Source of the DNA: a virus
Taxonomy: Duplodnaviria > Caudoviricetes
Length of the DNA stretch: 45,902 nt
IMG/VR virus record: IMGVR_UViG_3300016474_000132
Coordinates: 1-45,902 of that record
Strand: one strand, 5' to 3'
The notes below the pieces were generated by a model. That model saw nothing but the letters and a program-made list of their open reading frames with translations. It was not told where the DNA came from and made no database searches. Below, one piece after another: positions 16,401 to 24,200 of the stretch (position 1 is its first letter; every line of letters starts with the position of its first letter). Both the position numbers and the translations under genes were made by a program.

Positions 16401-19384
16401 GTGTAGGAGATCAGCTCGAGGATCGCATCCGCTTCGCGGCCGGCGTCGGACAGGCGCTGCAGTTCAGCCTGCACGTCGAGGAAACCCTGCGCTGCACGGG
16501 CCGAGATGCCGTCTGGCACGTCGAACTTCAACACCCGGGTGAGTGTATCGCGCAAGGCTTTCACAGGAGCTGCGTTCGGCTGGTTGTACACGAACGCATG
16601 AGTCGCTGCGTGTAGGGCCTCGTGCAGCGTTACGCCGAAGCTCTCGTTCGCATGGATGTAGATAGTGTTGGTGTTGGGGTCGTATCGCGGGGTCTGGTTC
16701 TCTGCGTCAGCCTCGATGAACTCAAGGCCGGGCACGCCGATAGCGTCGAACGACTCGCGCAGTCCGACAGCCAGCATGCGCTCGTAGGGGGTGCCGTGGC
16801 GCCGAACATACCGCAGGACAGCATCAAGGCCGCCTTGGTCGTACCCAGGCCGCCCACCAGAGGCCACGTTCTTGAGCGTGCCGGCACCGCCGCGTTCAAA
16901 CGACTCACGCTTTTCTCCACCCGACACGTCGAACCGGTTGACCCCTTCGGTGGTGAGCGCGCCGCGCTTGGCCTTGGCCCAGCCGCTGGACTTGCGCATG
17001 TCGATCTTGGCCCACAGAGCTTTGGTTTCCTCCGACGCCGGGTATGCCGCGTTCAGCGCACGGTCCTTCATGAGGCGCACGATGACGTCGAGGTTCTTGT
17101 CAACGCTCTGCTCACCGCCCAGAGCTGCAACAGCTTGGCGCAGTTCTGCGTAGGCCTGCGTGAACTCGCGCTCGGCCGGCTCAAGGCCAGTAATCTGCCC
17201 CTTGCGCGCGCCCTTGTACGACATGCTACCGCCAATGCGGTTCTCGGCCAGTCGTATCGCTGCAATGTATTCTGCGTCCACGCCCAGTTCCTGCGCCGTC
17301 TTCCGCTCTTTGGTTGTCGGCTTAAGCGGCGCTTTCCCGGATGCCATGGGGTTTTCGCGCAGCAGGTTCTGCCCTTGGTTGAGCAGGTAGTTGTGGGCCT
17401 CGGCAAAGGCGCGTGCCGCACGGCCGATCGCCTTGATCAGCGGGCCGTACTGCTCGGTGGCTTCTCGGTCGATGATGGCAGACTTGGGTTTGCGCACCAT
17501 GGTGCCGCTGTTGGGACTCAGGATCGCGTTGCGGATGGCTGCAAACACCTGGGGCGACACGCTGGTCTTGCGCCCAGCCGCCTTCTGGTTGCCGGTGTAG
17601 GCCACGCCAGCTTCGAGCTTGTCGAGGTCTTCTTGGATCTTGGCTGCCTTCTCGGCAGCGAGTTGGTCTTGGGTCTGGGCCTCGGGGGTGTCCGGCGCCT
17701 GCTCGGCGTCCGCAACGGGCTGCTCTGTGGGGGAAACCTCGGCAGCGGGTGCAACTTCAGCCGCTGGTGCCGCTTCGGGTTCCACAGCGGGAGCAGGCTG
17801 CGCAATAGGTGCGACGGGAGCAGCAGCGGCAGGCACTACGGGCGGGACAGGCGGGACCACACCAGCGACTTGTTGCGTAGGCGCAACGGTAGCAGGCGCA
17901 GGGGCAGCGCCCGGAGTCGGCATGGTGTTGGCCGCACCAGTCAGGTCCACGGTGGCGCCGGTGTTGAGGTCGTCGGCGCGCTGCGCTGCGGAGGCCTGTG
18001 CCTCGATCGACTGCAGCAGGGTGCGGAACTCTTGGAGTTGCCGGTCGAAGTTGGGATCGTCGGAGCCGCCCTGCAGCACCGCCTCGACACGCTGCCGGGC
18101 TTCCAACACCTGCGGGGTCACCACTGGCTGGCGAGCCAGCTCGACATCTTGTTGGAAGTTGTCGACGAAGTTGGCTGCGCGGTTGTACTCCAGCGTCGAG
18201 GTAATGCCGCCGAACGCGGTGCCGCCCAAGCCGCCCTTGGCCGCGCCCATCAGGTATTCGTTGAGAGCGTCGGCACCGGTCAGTGGCTTGTAGGCGCCGA
18301 AGCGCTCAAGAGTGGACTGCAGGGGCTCCGTGATGGCTTCCGCCGCGCCGCCCAGTACAGCACCAGTGCCGATGGTCTTGGCCGCCTGCCGCGCGCCGCC
18401 AGCGCCCACCTGCTTGAGCAGATCGACACCTTGCCTACCGGCAGCGGTGGCCGTAGTCGTCGCGGTTTTGCCGACCAGTCGAGCCAGTGCAGCCTCGGGG
18501 CCCAGCATCTCCAGTGCGGCAGAGGCCGCGCCGGCCGCCAGCGCACGCCCCTTGTCGTCGATGCCCGCTTCACGCTGCTCACGCCGGATGCCGCCGTAGG
18601 TCTGGAAGAGGCGAGACAGCAACATGCCGCCGGCACCACCGATCAGCGCACCTGCAGGTCCAGCAACGGCGCCGCCCGTCAACGCACCGACTTTACCAGC
18701 TGCCAGGGTAGAGGCCACGTCGAACCCCACCTCGCCTGCGGTCTCAGCGGCGAACTGCCCCGGGCGCGATAGGATGTCGCCAGCTTGCGTCACCTGGGCC
18801 GGACGGTTTGCCGCCATCTCAGCGCCGTACTGCTCAACCGCCCGCGCGCCGGGCACGCCGATGTCGCGCAGCGTAGAACCCACGCCGGCCAGCGCCGTGC
18901 CGGCCTGCCGGCCGAACGCCGCGCCCATGCCCAGCGACTCGTACTCCTTCTGCACCTTGGCCTTGGCGTCTTCGGCGCGCACCTTGAGGAAGCCCTGCGG
19001 CACCTGCTGGTTGTCGGCGTCGAACAGGCCCCCCTGCAGCGCCGGCAGCGCCTCGCCCAACTCGGCGGAGAACGTGCGGCCACCGCTGAAGAACTGCTTG
19101 GTCTGGGGGTTGTACCCCACAACCGGCGTGGGAGCCGGAGCAGGTCGCTGCAGCCCTGCCATCATGGTGGCAGTCTGGCGCTCCATGTCCGCGAGCATGG
19201 CATCGGCCGCAGCGTTGGAAGCCGACGGCGCGAAGGTGCCCGGCAGGCCGAGGCCCGCCACAGGGCGGACGTCAGCCGGATTCGGGAGCATGCCGGGCAT
19301 GCGCAGTCCAGCAGCAGAGGTGGCAGTGTTGCCACCCACAAGTGCAGCGTTGGCGGACTCGTCAGTGTTGAAGGGGTTCTTCAT
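13418..19384 (-). CDS. very large internal virion / DNA ejection protein with a zincin-like metallopeptidase motif
   Basis: 1988 aa, last large late gene; hydrophobic Gly/Ala N-third; YDPNTNTIYI..TLHEALHAAT; LPD-like C-terminal region. Confidence 0.8.
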   Translation of the reverse strand: MKNPFNTDESANAALVGGNTATSAAGLRMPGMLPNPADVRPVAGLGLPGTFAPSASNAAADAMLADMERQTATMMAGLQRPAPAPTPVVGYNPQTKQFFSGGRTFSAELGEALPALQGGLFDADNQQVPQGFLKVRAEDAKAKVQKEYESLGMGAAFGRQAGTALAGVGSTLRDIGVPGARAVEQYGAEMAANRPAQVTQAGDILSRPGQFAAETAGEVGFDVASTLAAGKVGALTGGAVAGPAGALIGGAGGMLLSRLFQTYGGIRREQREAGIDDKGRALAAGAASAALEMLGPEAALARLVGKTATTTATAAGRQGVDLLKQVGAGGARQAAKTIGTGAVLGGAAEAITEPLQSTLERFGAYKPLTGADALNEYLMGAAKGGLGGTAFGGITSTLEYNRAANFVDNFQQDVELARQPVVTPQVLEARQRVEAVLQGGSDDPNFDRQLQEFRTLLQSIEAQASAAQRADDLNTGATVDLTGAANTMPTPGAAPAPATVAPTQQVAGVVPPVPPVVPAAAAPVAPIAQPAPAVEPEAAPAAEVAPAAEVSPTEQPVADAEQAPDTPEAQTQDQLAAEKAAKIQEDLDKLEAGVAYTGNQKAAGRKTSVSPQVFAAIRNAILSPNSGTMVRKPKSAIIDREATEQYGPLIKAIGRAARAFAEAHNYLLNQGQNLLRENPMASGKAPLKPTTKERKTAQELGVDAEYIAAIRLAENRIGGSMSYKGARKGQITGLEPAEREFTQAYAELRQAVAALGGEQSVDKNLDVIVRLMKDRALNAAYPASEETKALWAKIDMRKSSGWAKAKRGALTTEGVNRFDVSGGEKRESFERGGAGTLKNVASGGRPGYDQGGLDAVLRYVRRHGTPYERMLAVGLRESFDAIGVPGLEFIEADAENQTPRYDPNTNTIYIHANESFGVTLHEALHAATHAFVYNQPNAAPVKALRDTLTRVLKFDVPDGISARAAQGFLDVQAELQRLSDAGREADAILELISYTNTHNEFRSVLEMTTSADPTTHTHGLLDDVWNALVAVVERLLGTSRSVAADVIRNTYQVMQGNVKLVKDIQAQETTLQRQGYNILEAAIASGAPIVQAQPTPQNPMPVMTPQDLRQYATKTAPVLLSTRWMFDMVGWGKISPALNKHMPRLNKYIQEKFPSLSGYLSLIHSRINVPPGFSEYMDTFKYNKNVGYVQAEYLAHLVETQDRDTVLAIFDYLDGNKQALDNVKGGAVYAEIADKVNAWLDEYIDLLPASDQAYFQGHKLSESLLYADRSAQVASTSLGARKLREIIGLQEDKQHTIHAPWVKKDANGAPVYKDTYYRVYGPAAKGAETVIALQGYISRELADAGTVPLQAGYTIDRSRVWRMTHFNDKGYFYTSNMTPAQALDAGKAADLANALRNTMAALAGNYASRTFFTSAASFGYENGQPTEISVAFDSQEAAKVANGGYALRDSQLIDLSEGATKAKDVRNLLRQPGMWVKVPDQPAYGDLAGKFMPGPTWTALQDMSDRTPLVNSRMYRQGLQWFKKSKTVYNPSTHLTNIGSNLALMSLHGISFKALGEAARIYAAFSIRPDTLSDEQRKLISSFMNSGAMLGDYSSSEVKDAIYNALRDRTEATSLTGDIMAAMNYEKAKAMALRTIGNKRGGAEKVVNGVKVAARVMEEAYAVEDNVFRLAAFLNKAGELQLQQGKAVADAEIMRMAGKFAAGAFVDYDIDSKAVRWARQTFFPFISFTYGIIPVLGRIALHSPWRLANLLTMYYVLAALLETEDDEELRKKGPEAMRERVYGIGPYINVRIPGLGDEKNPVYYPLGNWIPMASALKGQPQGFMGIDWIPSMITPSNPFLSVAIALVGGVDPYTGKDIHKVTDTDFQKLVTSTKFVYNTAVTPALSTKQFETAGAVLTGDKTITGSAVSTLPLLRTLGLSLNTFNVDDQTLYRGIEIQKLQREYRAAMRDAARKEAREGSPDYAALDEKLRELHARMVEDITNVQEGK

Positions 19385-19442
19385 CGAATAGCCTCGAGGT
19401 GATCTGGGGCTATTCTACCGAGCGAGCCTCTTGCTGTGTAGC

Positions 19443-21116
19443 TTACTGCACGACGCGCATGCCGCCGTCTGTGGTCTGTTCGCCGCCACCAACTTGCTTG
19501 TACGAGCCGTCGTTGTAGACGATGATCGCGCCAGTGGTATTGCCGATGTTGTCCTTCAGTGCAACGACGTTGGCAGGGCGACGGCCCATGACTTCTGCCT
19601 TCGCAAGTTCTTGCTGGATGGCGGTGTTGAGCTTGGCCTGTTCCAGACGGATCTGCGCCGGCAGCTCGGCGGCTGCGCGAGCACCCGCACCTTGCGCCTT
19701 GATGAGTTCTTCCTGCTGCTTGGTGGCCAGCGCCTGTGCAGCGGCGCGACGAGTCGCAGACGCTTGGTTGAGCAGGTACTGAGCAACGTCCTGCGCAGTG
19801 CCGACTTGGTTGGGATTCGGCACGAACTGGCCTGTGGCGCGGTCCTGGGTAGCCAGCGCGTAGCGGCCGTCGCCAGTGCGAACGATGTACTGCTGCGCGG
19901 CCTGGGCCAGCGAAGACAGGGACTGCTCGTCGCCAGCCGACGCGCGCTGTGCGGCGGTAGCGAGTTGGGTCTCGTAGATCGAGTTTTGCAGTTGCTGGTA
20001 CTGCCCCATCAGGGCGCTACGCTGCGCCGGATCGCGTGTGGCGTTGAACATCGCCTGGATCTGCTGCAGACGCTGCTGGGCCACAGCCATCTCGCGAGGC
20101 GGCAAGCCCATGTACCCCTCCGGCATGGCGACCGGAGCGAACTGCGGCGCTGCGGCAGAGGCAGCGGCTTGTTGCGTGGGGATCCCTGCTGCAGGAGCAG
20201 CCGGCTGCGCCGGTGCAGCGGCTTGTTGAGTGCTGCCTAGCATCTTCTGCAGGTAGCCACGAGTCTCGGCCGGGAGTTGCGCCGGGTTGGCGCCGGCTGC
20301 CAGCCAGCGATCGGTGTTGCCTGGGCCCCAGTTGTACGCCACCAGCGCGGTAGCTACGTCGCCATAGCGGCGAGTCATGGCGCGCATATAGTCTTCGCCG
20401 ACACGCTGCAGCTCCGCAGGGGAGTTGTCACGGGCAGGCATCACGCCGAAGCCGGGGCTGCGCAGCGTACCCGGCATGGTCTGCATGGGACCGACGGCGC
20501 CCTTGGGGCTCACAGCGTTGGGGTCGCCGCCGCTCTCAACTTGCCGCTGGCGGGCGAAGAACTCCGGGGTGAGTTGTCGGTCAAGCGCCTGCAAATCAGC
20601 AGCCGTCTTCTCGATCACACCCGAGCGGCGGGTCTCAGCGACGCGGCGCTCTTCGTCGGACTGCCCCGGGAACATGCGCGCACCCACCGCTGCGCCGAGG
20701 CGGAGCGGGTAGGTCAACATGTCAGCGCCGGTGCCGAGATCAGGCCATGTCTGTTCGGCCTTTTGCTTGGCTGCCTTGCGACTTGCGCCACGCATCTTGT
20801 CGGTCTGCGCAGCAGCGGCGCTGGCTGCAGGGGGCATGGCAGCCGAGGGGAGTCCTGCCTGCGGTTGCGCTGCGGGTGCTGCAGCCGGCGCCGGCTGTGC
20901 GCCTTGCGCCGTGGGGATCGCCATGCCAGTGGGCAGGCCGGGCTCTTGGCCCAGCGTCTGTGCAGCGCGCAGAGCTTCCTGGGAGCGCAGGTTGGCCATG
21001 TCTTCGCCGAACTGCACATCGCGGCGCAGGCCGACATCACCGATCTGGGCGCGGCGGGCTTCTGCCTCCAGCAAGGCGTCTCGGTTGGGGAGGGCGAGGC
21101 CCAGGGTCTGAATCAT
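19443..21116 (-). CDS. internal virion protein with SLT lytic transglycosylase domain
   Basis: QVESGGDPNAVSPKGAVGPMQTMPGT..ALVAYNWGPG..ETRGY. Confidence 0.88.
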   Translation of the reverse strand: MIQTLGLALPNRDALLEAEARRAQIGDVGLRRDVQFGEDMANLRSQEALRAAQTLGQEPGLPTGMAIPTAQGAQPAPAAAPAAQPQAGLPSAAMPPAASAAAAQTDKMRGASRKAAKQKAEQTWPDLGTGADMLTYPLRLGAAVGARMFPGQSDEERRVAETRRSGVIEKTAADLQALDRQLTPEFFARQRQVESGGDPNAVSPKGAVGPMQTMPGTLRSPGFGVMPARDNSPAELQRVGEDYMRAMTRRYGDVATALVAYNWGPGNTDRWLAAGANPAQLPAETRGYLQKMLGSTQQAAAPAQPAAPAAGIPTQQAAASAAAPQFAPVAMPEGYMGLPPREMAVAQQRLQQIQAMFNATRDPAQRSALMGQYQQLQNSIYETQLATAAQRASAGDEQSLSSLAQAAQQYIVRTGDGRYALATQDRATGQFVPNPNQVGTAQDVAQYLLNQASATRRAAAQALATKQQEELIKAQGAGARAAAELPAQIRLEQAKLNTAIQQELAKAEVMGRRPANVVALKDNIGNTTGAIIVYNDGSYKQVGGGEQTTDGGMRVVQ

Positions 21117-21125
21117 GAGGGCTCC

Positions 21126-22313
21126 TTACTGTGCGGGCAGGCCGAGGCGCCTGCGGGTCGCAGCGGCCGAGGATTCTTGTGTGCGCTTCGTGGCTTCGTA
21201 GGTCGGGTTGCCCAGCAGACCGCCGAGCATGCTCGCGTAGTTCTGGCCTGCCTGCGTGCCCATGGTGCTGAGAGCAGTCGCAGCTTGCGACATATCGGCC
21301 GGCGTCGGAGCGGCACCGTACTGCTGGCCCAAATTCACCGCGCTGGTGAGCGCGCCCTGCTGCGCAGAGCGGCCGGTGTCGTAGCCCTGCATGTAGCCCT
21401 GGGTAGCATTGAGCGCGCCGCCGACTTGCGCGCGGCGCTTGGCTGCCGCGATGTCTGCTGGGCTGTAGCCGCGCGAAGCCATCTGCTGCTCGAGCTGCTG
21501 CACCTGCCGGCCGGTAGCGGCCTGCTGCTGGGCCATGCCACGCTGCCCAAGCTCCTGCGGGTTGTACAGGCTCAACGCTTGGTTGATCTGCTGCTGCGCG
21601 AGCTGGTTGCGCATGTCGGCGATGCCGGTGTTCTTGGCGAAAACCTGTTGCTGCTGCTCGTTCTGGCGCTGCTGCATGGCGAGCTGCTGCTTCATGAGGT
21701 CGTTGGCGCGGCGCTGTGCGGAGGCGTTGGCCAGCAGGCCCACACCCTGGGTCAGCAAAGAGGCCAGACGCGGATTCTGGCGACCCCAAGCCTCAATGCC
21801 ACCAAGAGCGCTCTCAGCGGTCTGCCCCAGGTTGCCAAAGTCGCCAGTAACGCCGGCGTTGCCCACTGCGGGGGTAGCAGACAGTTGCGGGCCAGCGCCC
21901 ATCGTCGGCCCTTGAAGACCAGCGGCGCCCGTGCCAGCCTGCAACGTCGGCGCGCCAGTGCCCGCCGAAAGGCCATAGTTGCCAACGGGAGAGCCTGCGG
22001 AGAACACCGTGTCCCAGTACGCGCCTTGCGTCGGCACGTAGTTGCCGCCTGCACCGGAGCTGCCAAAGTTGCCGTAGCTCGGCGTGTAGCCGAAGTCGTA
22101 GGACGGCGCCTGCAATCCTTGGCCGCCGGTTCCGCCCGAGGACGTGAACCCGTAGTCGGCGCCAGCCGAGTAGTCGCTGCTCGGGGTATAGCTCGGCGTA
22201 TAGTTCGGAGCCTGCAGGCCGTAGCTGCCGCCGGAGTCGAAACTGTAATCTGCGCCGGCCGAGAAATCTGTCGTGGGGGTGTATCCGAAGTCGAAGTCGT
22301 AGTAGTCAGCCAT
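21126..22313 (-). CDS. putative internal virion (ejection/pilot) protein
   Basis: Tyr/Gly/Ser repeat N-terminus, Gln-rich coiled-coil C-half; position among ejection genes. Confidence 0.65.
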   Translation of the reverse strand: MADYYDFDFGYTPTTDFSAGADYSFDSGGSYGLQAPNYTPSYTPSSDYSAGADYGFTSSGGTGGQGLQAPSYDFGYTPSYGNFGSSGAGGNYVPTQGAYWDTVFSAGSPVGNYGLSAGTGAPTLQAGTGAAGLQGPTMGAGPQLSATPAVGNAGVTGDFGNLGQTAESALGGIEAWGRQNPRLASLLTQGVGLLANASAQRRANDLMKQQLAMQQRQNEQQQQVFAKNTGIADMRNQLAQQQINQALSLYNPQELGQRGMAQQQAATGRQVQQLEQQMASRGYSPADIAAAKRRAQVGGALNATQGYMQGYDTGRSAQQGALTSAVNLGQQYGAAPTPADMSQAATALSTMGTQAGQNYASMLGGLLGNPTYEATKRTQESSAAATRRRLGLPAQ

Positions 22314-23863
22314 TATGCTTGCTCCTTCGGTGCATTTTCGTAGCGAGCCAGCAGCTTGTCAAAGAACTCGCGGCCTTTGATACGCACGACATGCTCGGGG
22401 ATAATGTACTCGTTGTTGGCCACGGACACGGGTTCGCCGCTGCTGCGGTTGATGGTGCCGATGGAGTCGCTACGGCCGGTGCCCGGGCCGTTGATGAGGC
22501 CACCCTGTTTCATGCCGGGCGGCGGGCTGACCTGGGCTTGCTCGACGGGAGGAACTTGGCCGGGCGGCGTAGCCGGCTGCACCTCCTGCAGCACGCGAGC
22601 GATCGCCATGATCTTCACGATGGTCGCCGGGTCATAGGCGGCCGGCAACGGGGTCATGCCCTGCTCGGCGACGAACTGGCGCAGTTGCGGGTAGAGTTGC
22701 TGGTTGTACATGGCAGCCTCTGCCACGCGGGCCATGATCTGCACCTCGTCGGTGGTCAGCTCGCCGGAGTCCATCAGTGCCTGGGCGCGGGCGGCGATTT
22801 CCTGCTTCAGACGCGGATCCCGCAGGATGCGGTTGACTTGCGCCGTCACGCTGGTGCTGCCCGGCGTCGGGCCCATCTGCACCGAACCGCCTTGAGCGTA
22901 GCCCATAGCCAGCAGAGGGCCACCGTCGGCGTAGCGCCGGGTCAGGCCAGGAACCTGCGAGAAACCAGTCGGTGTAGCGAGACCGCCATCAGCGGCGAAG
23001 CTGGTGCCAGCGCCATCAGAGTCAGTGCCAGTTCCAGACCCTGCTGAGTTACCTGCTTGGCCTGCGCCCGATTCCGCGCTGGTGCCGGCATTGGTGCCAT
23101 ACCCACCGCCACCCGTATCACCGGTCGGCGCGCCCAGAGGAGTACCTTCAACGGTGCCCACACTTACGGGGCTACTCACTGCCACGTCACCGAAGCTGGG
23201 GCCAGGGGCAGCGCCGAAGTTGCCGGTCAATCCCATCATGGCGTCCATCGGATCGACGTAGCCGAGAGACACGGTGTTGACTGCATTGGCCAAACTGGCT
23301 GCGACATCCGGGTTGTTCGCAAGCGCATCCTGCGCGAGGCCGCCAAGTTGGCTGCCGACGAACCCACCAACTGGTCCGCCCATCAGACCACCGACAAGCC
23401 CGCCGATATTGGAAGGCGTAGCGCTGAAAGTGCCCGTGGCCATCTGCGTGCCGAGGTTGGCCGCTGTTGCCAGCCCAGGATTACCCGTCATGAGGCCCGT
23501 AGCCATACCCACTGCAGGGCCGAAGTTCCCTTGCTGCCCCGCAGCCACAGCGCCGAGCGTGCCGCCAGCCATACTGAGGCTGGGATCGCCCATCACCTGC
23601 CCGGCGATGCCCAGGCCGTAGCCGAGGTTGCCAAGCGTAGCTGCAGACTCCGGAGTGCCGGGGGAAGTCACGGGCGCGGAGCCTCCTGAACTCCCTTCGC
23701 GCAAGCCAATGTCGTAGGGCTCGTCCTCAAACGTGAGGTCACCGGCGCCCGGAGTTATGTTGGCAGCGCCTCGGTATTCACCGGGGGCCGCAAAATAGTT
23801 GACACCGGAAGCGGGTCCACCTGCAGCGGCGGCGCCAGCAACGCGATCCATTCGAGTGGCCAT
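22313..23863 (-). CDS. putative internal virion protein
   Basis: Glycine-zipper segment; C-terminal GGLINGPGTGRSDSI..VANNEYIIP..VV...G..FF. Confidence 0.65.
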   Translation of the reverse strand: MATRMDRVAGAAAAGGPASGVNYFAAPGEYRGAANITPGAGDLTFEDEPYDIGLREGSSGGSAPVTSPGTPESAATLGNLGYGLGIAGQVMGDPSLSMAGGTLGAVAAGQQGNFGPAVGMATGLMTGNPGLATAANLGTQMATGTFSATPSNIGGLVGGLMGGPVGGFVGSQLGGLAQDALANNPDVAASLANAVNTVSLGYVDPMDAMMGLTGNFGAAPGPSFGDVAVSSPVSVGTVEGTPLGAPTGDTGGGGYGTNAGTSAESGAGQAGNSAGSGTGTDSDGAGTSFAADGGLATPTGFSQVPGLTRRYADGGPLLAMGYAQGGSVQMGPTPGSTSVTAQVNRILRDPRLKQEIAARAQALMDSGELTTDEVQIMARVAEAAMYNQQLYPQLRQFVAEQGMTPLPAAYDPATIVKIMAIARVLQEVQPATPPGQVPPVEQAQVSPPPGMKQGGLINGPGTGRSDSIGTINRSSGEPVSVANNEYIIPEHVVRIKGREFFDKLLARYENAPKEQA

Positions 23864-23864
23864 A

Positions 23865-24200
23865 TCAATTCCTCATGCTCTGTAGAAGCGCGTTGAGCGC
23901 ATCCTGTATTTTAGACACGTCGGTCGCCAACTGCTGCACATCATTGAGCAGCTTGACGTAATCTTCGATCACGGGCACACCGTACGAGCCAACAGTGACG
24001 TAGTCGCCCCGCGCAGACACCTGCCGCATGGATTGAAACTCTCCAGGCGCGGCGCCGACAGCGTCGTTGGTCAGCGCACGGCCGGGGCCACGGACGCCCA
24101 TCAAAATTTCGATGTTCTCTTTGAGTGCTGCCAGTAAGTCGTACTGCCATTGCGGCAGGCGCTCGTTGGGGATGGCGGGTATGCCTTGGAACTGCGGCAT
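23865..24200 (-). CDS. hypothetical virion-associated protein
   Basis: 111 aa, coupled to both neighbours. Confidence 0.7.
   Translation of the reverse strand: MPQFQGIPAIPNERLPQWQYDLLAALKENIEILMGVRGPGRALTNDAVGAAPGEFQSMRQVSARGDYVTVGSYGVPVIEDYVKLLNDVQQLATDVSKIQDALNALLQSMRN

Noticed and set aside
16622-18772. Long opposite-strand ORFs (also 9711-11537, 20277-22343, 38832-41027, 4696-6123)
   Set aside because: Shadow ORFs antisense to GC3-rich real genes; no recognisable motifs or RBS.
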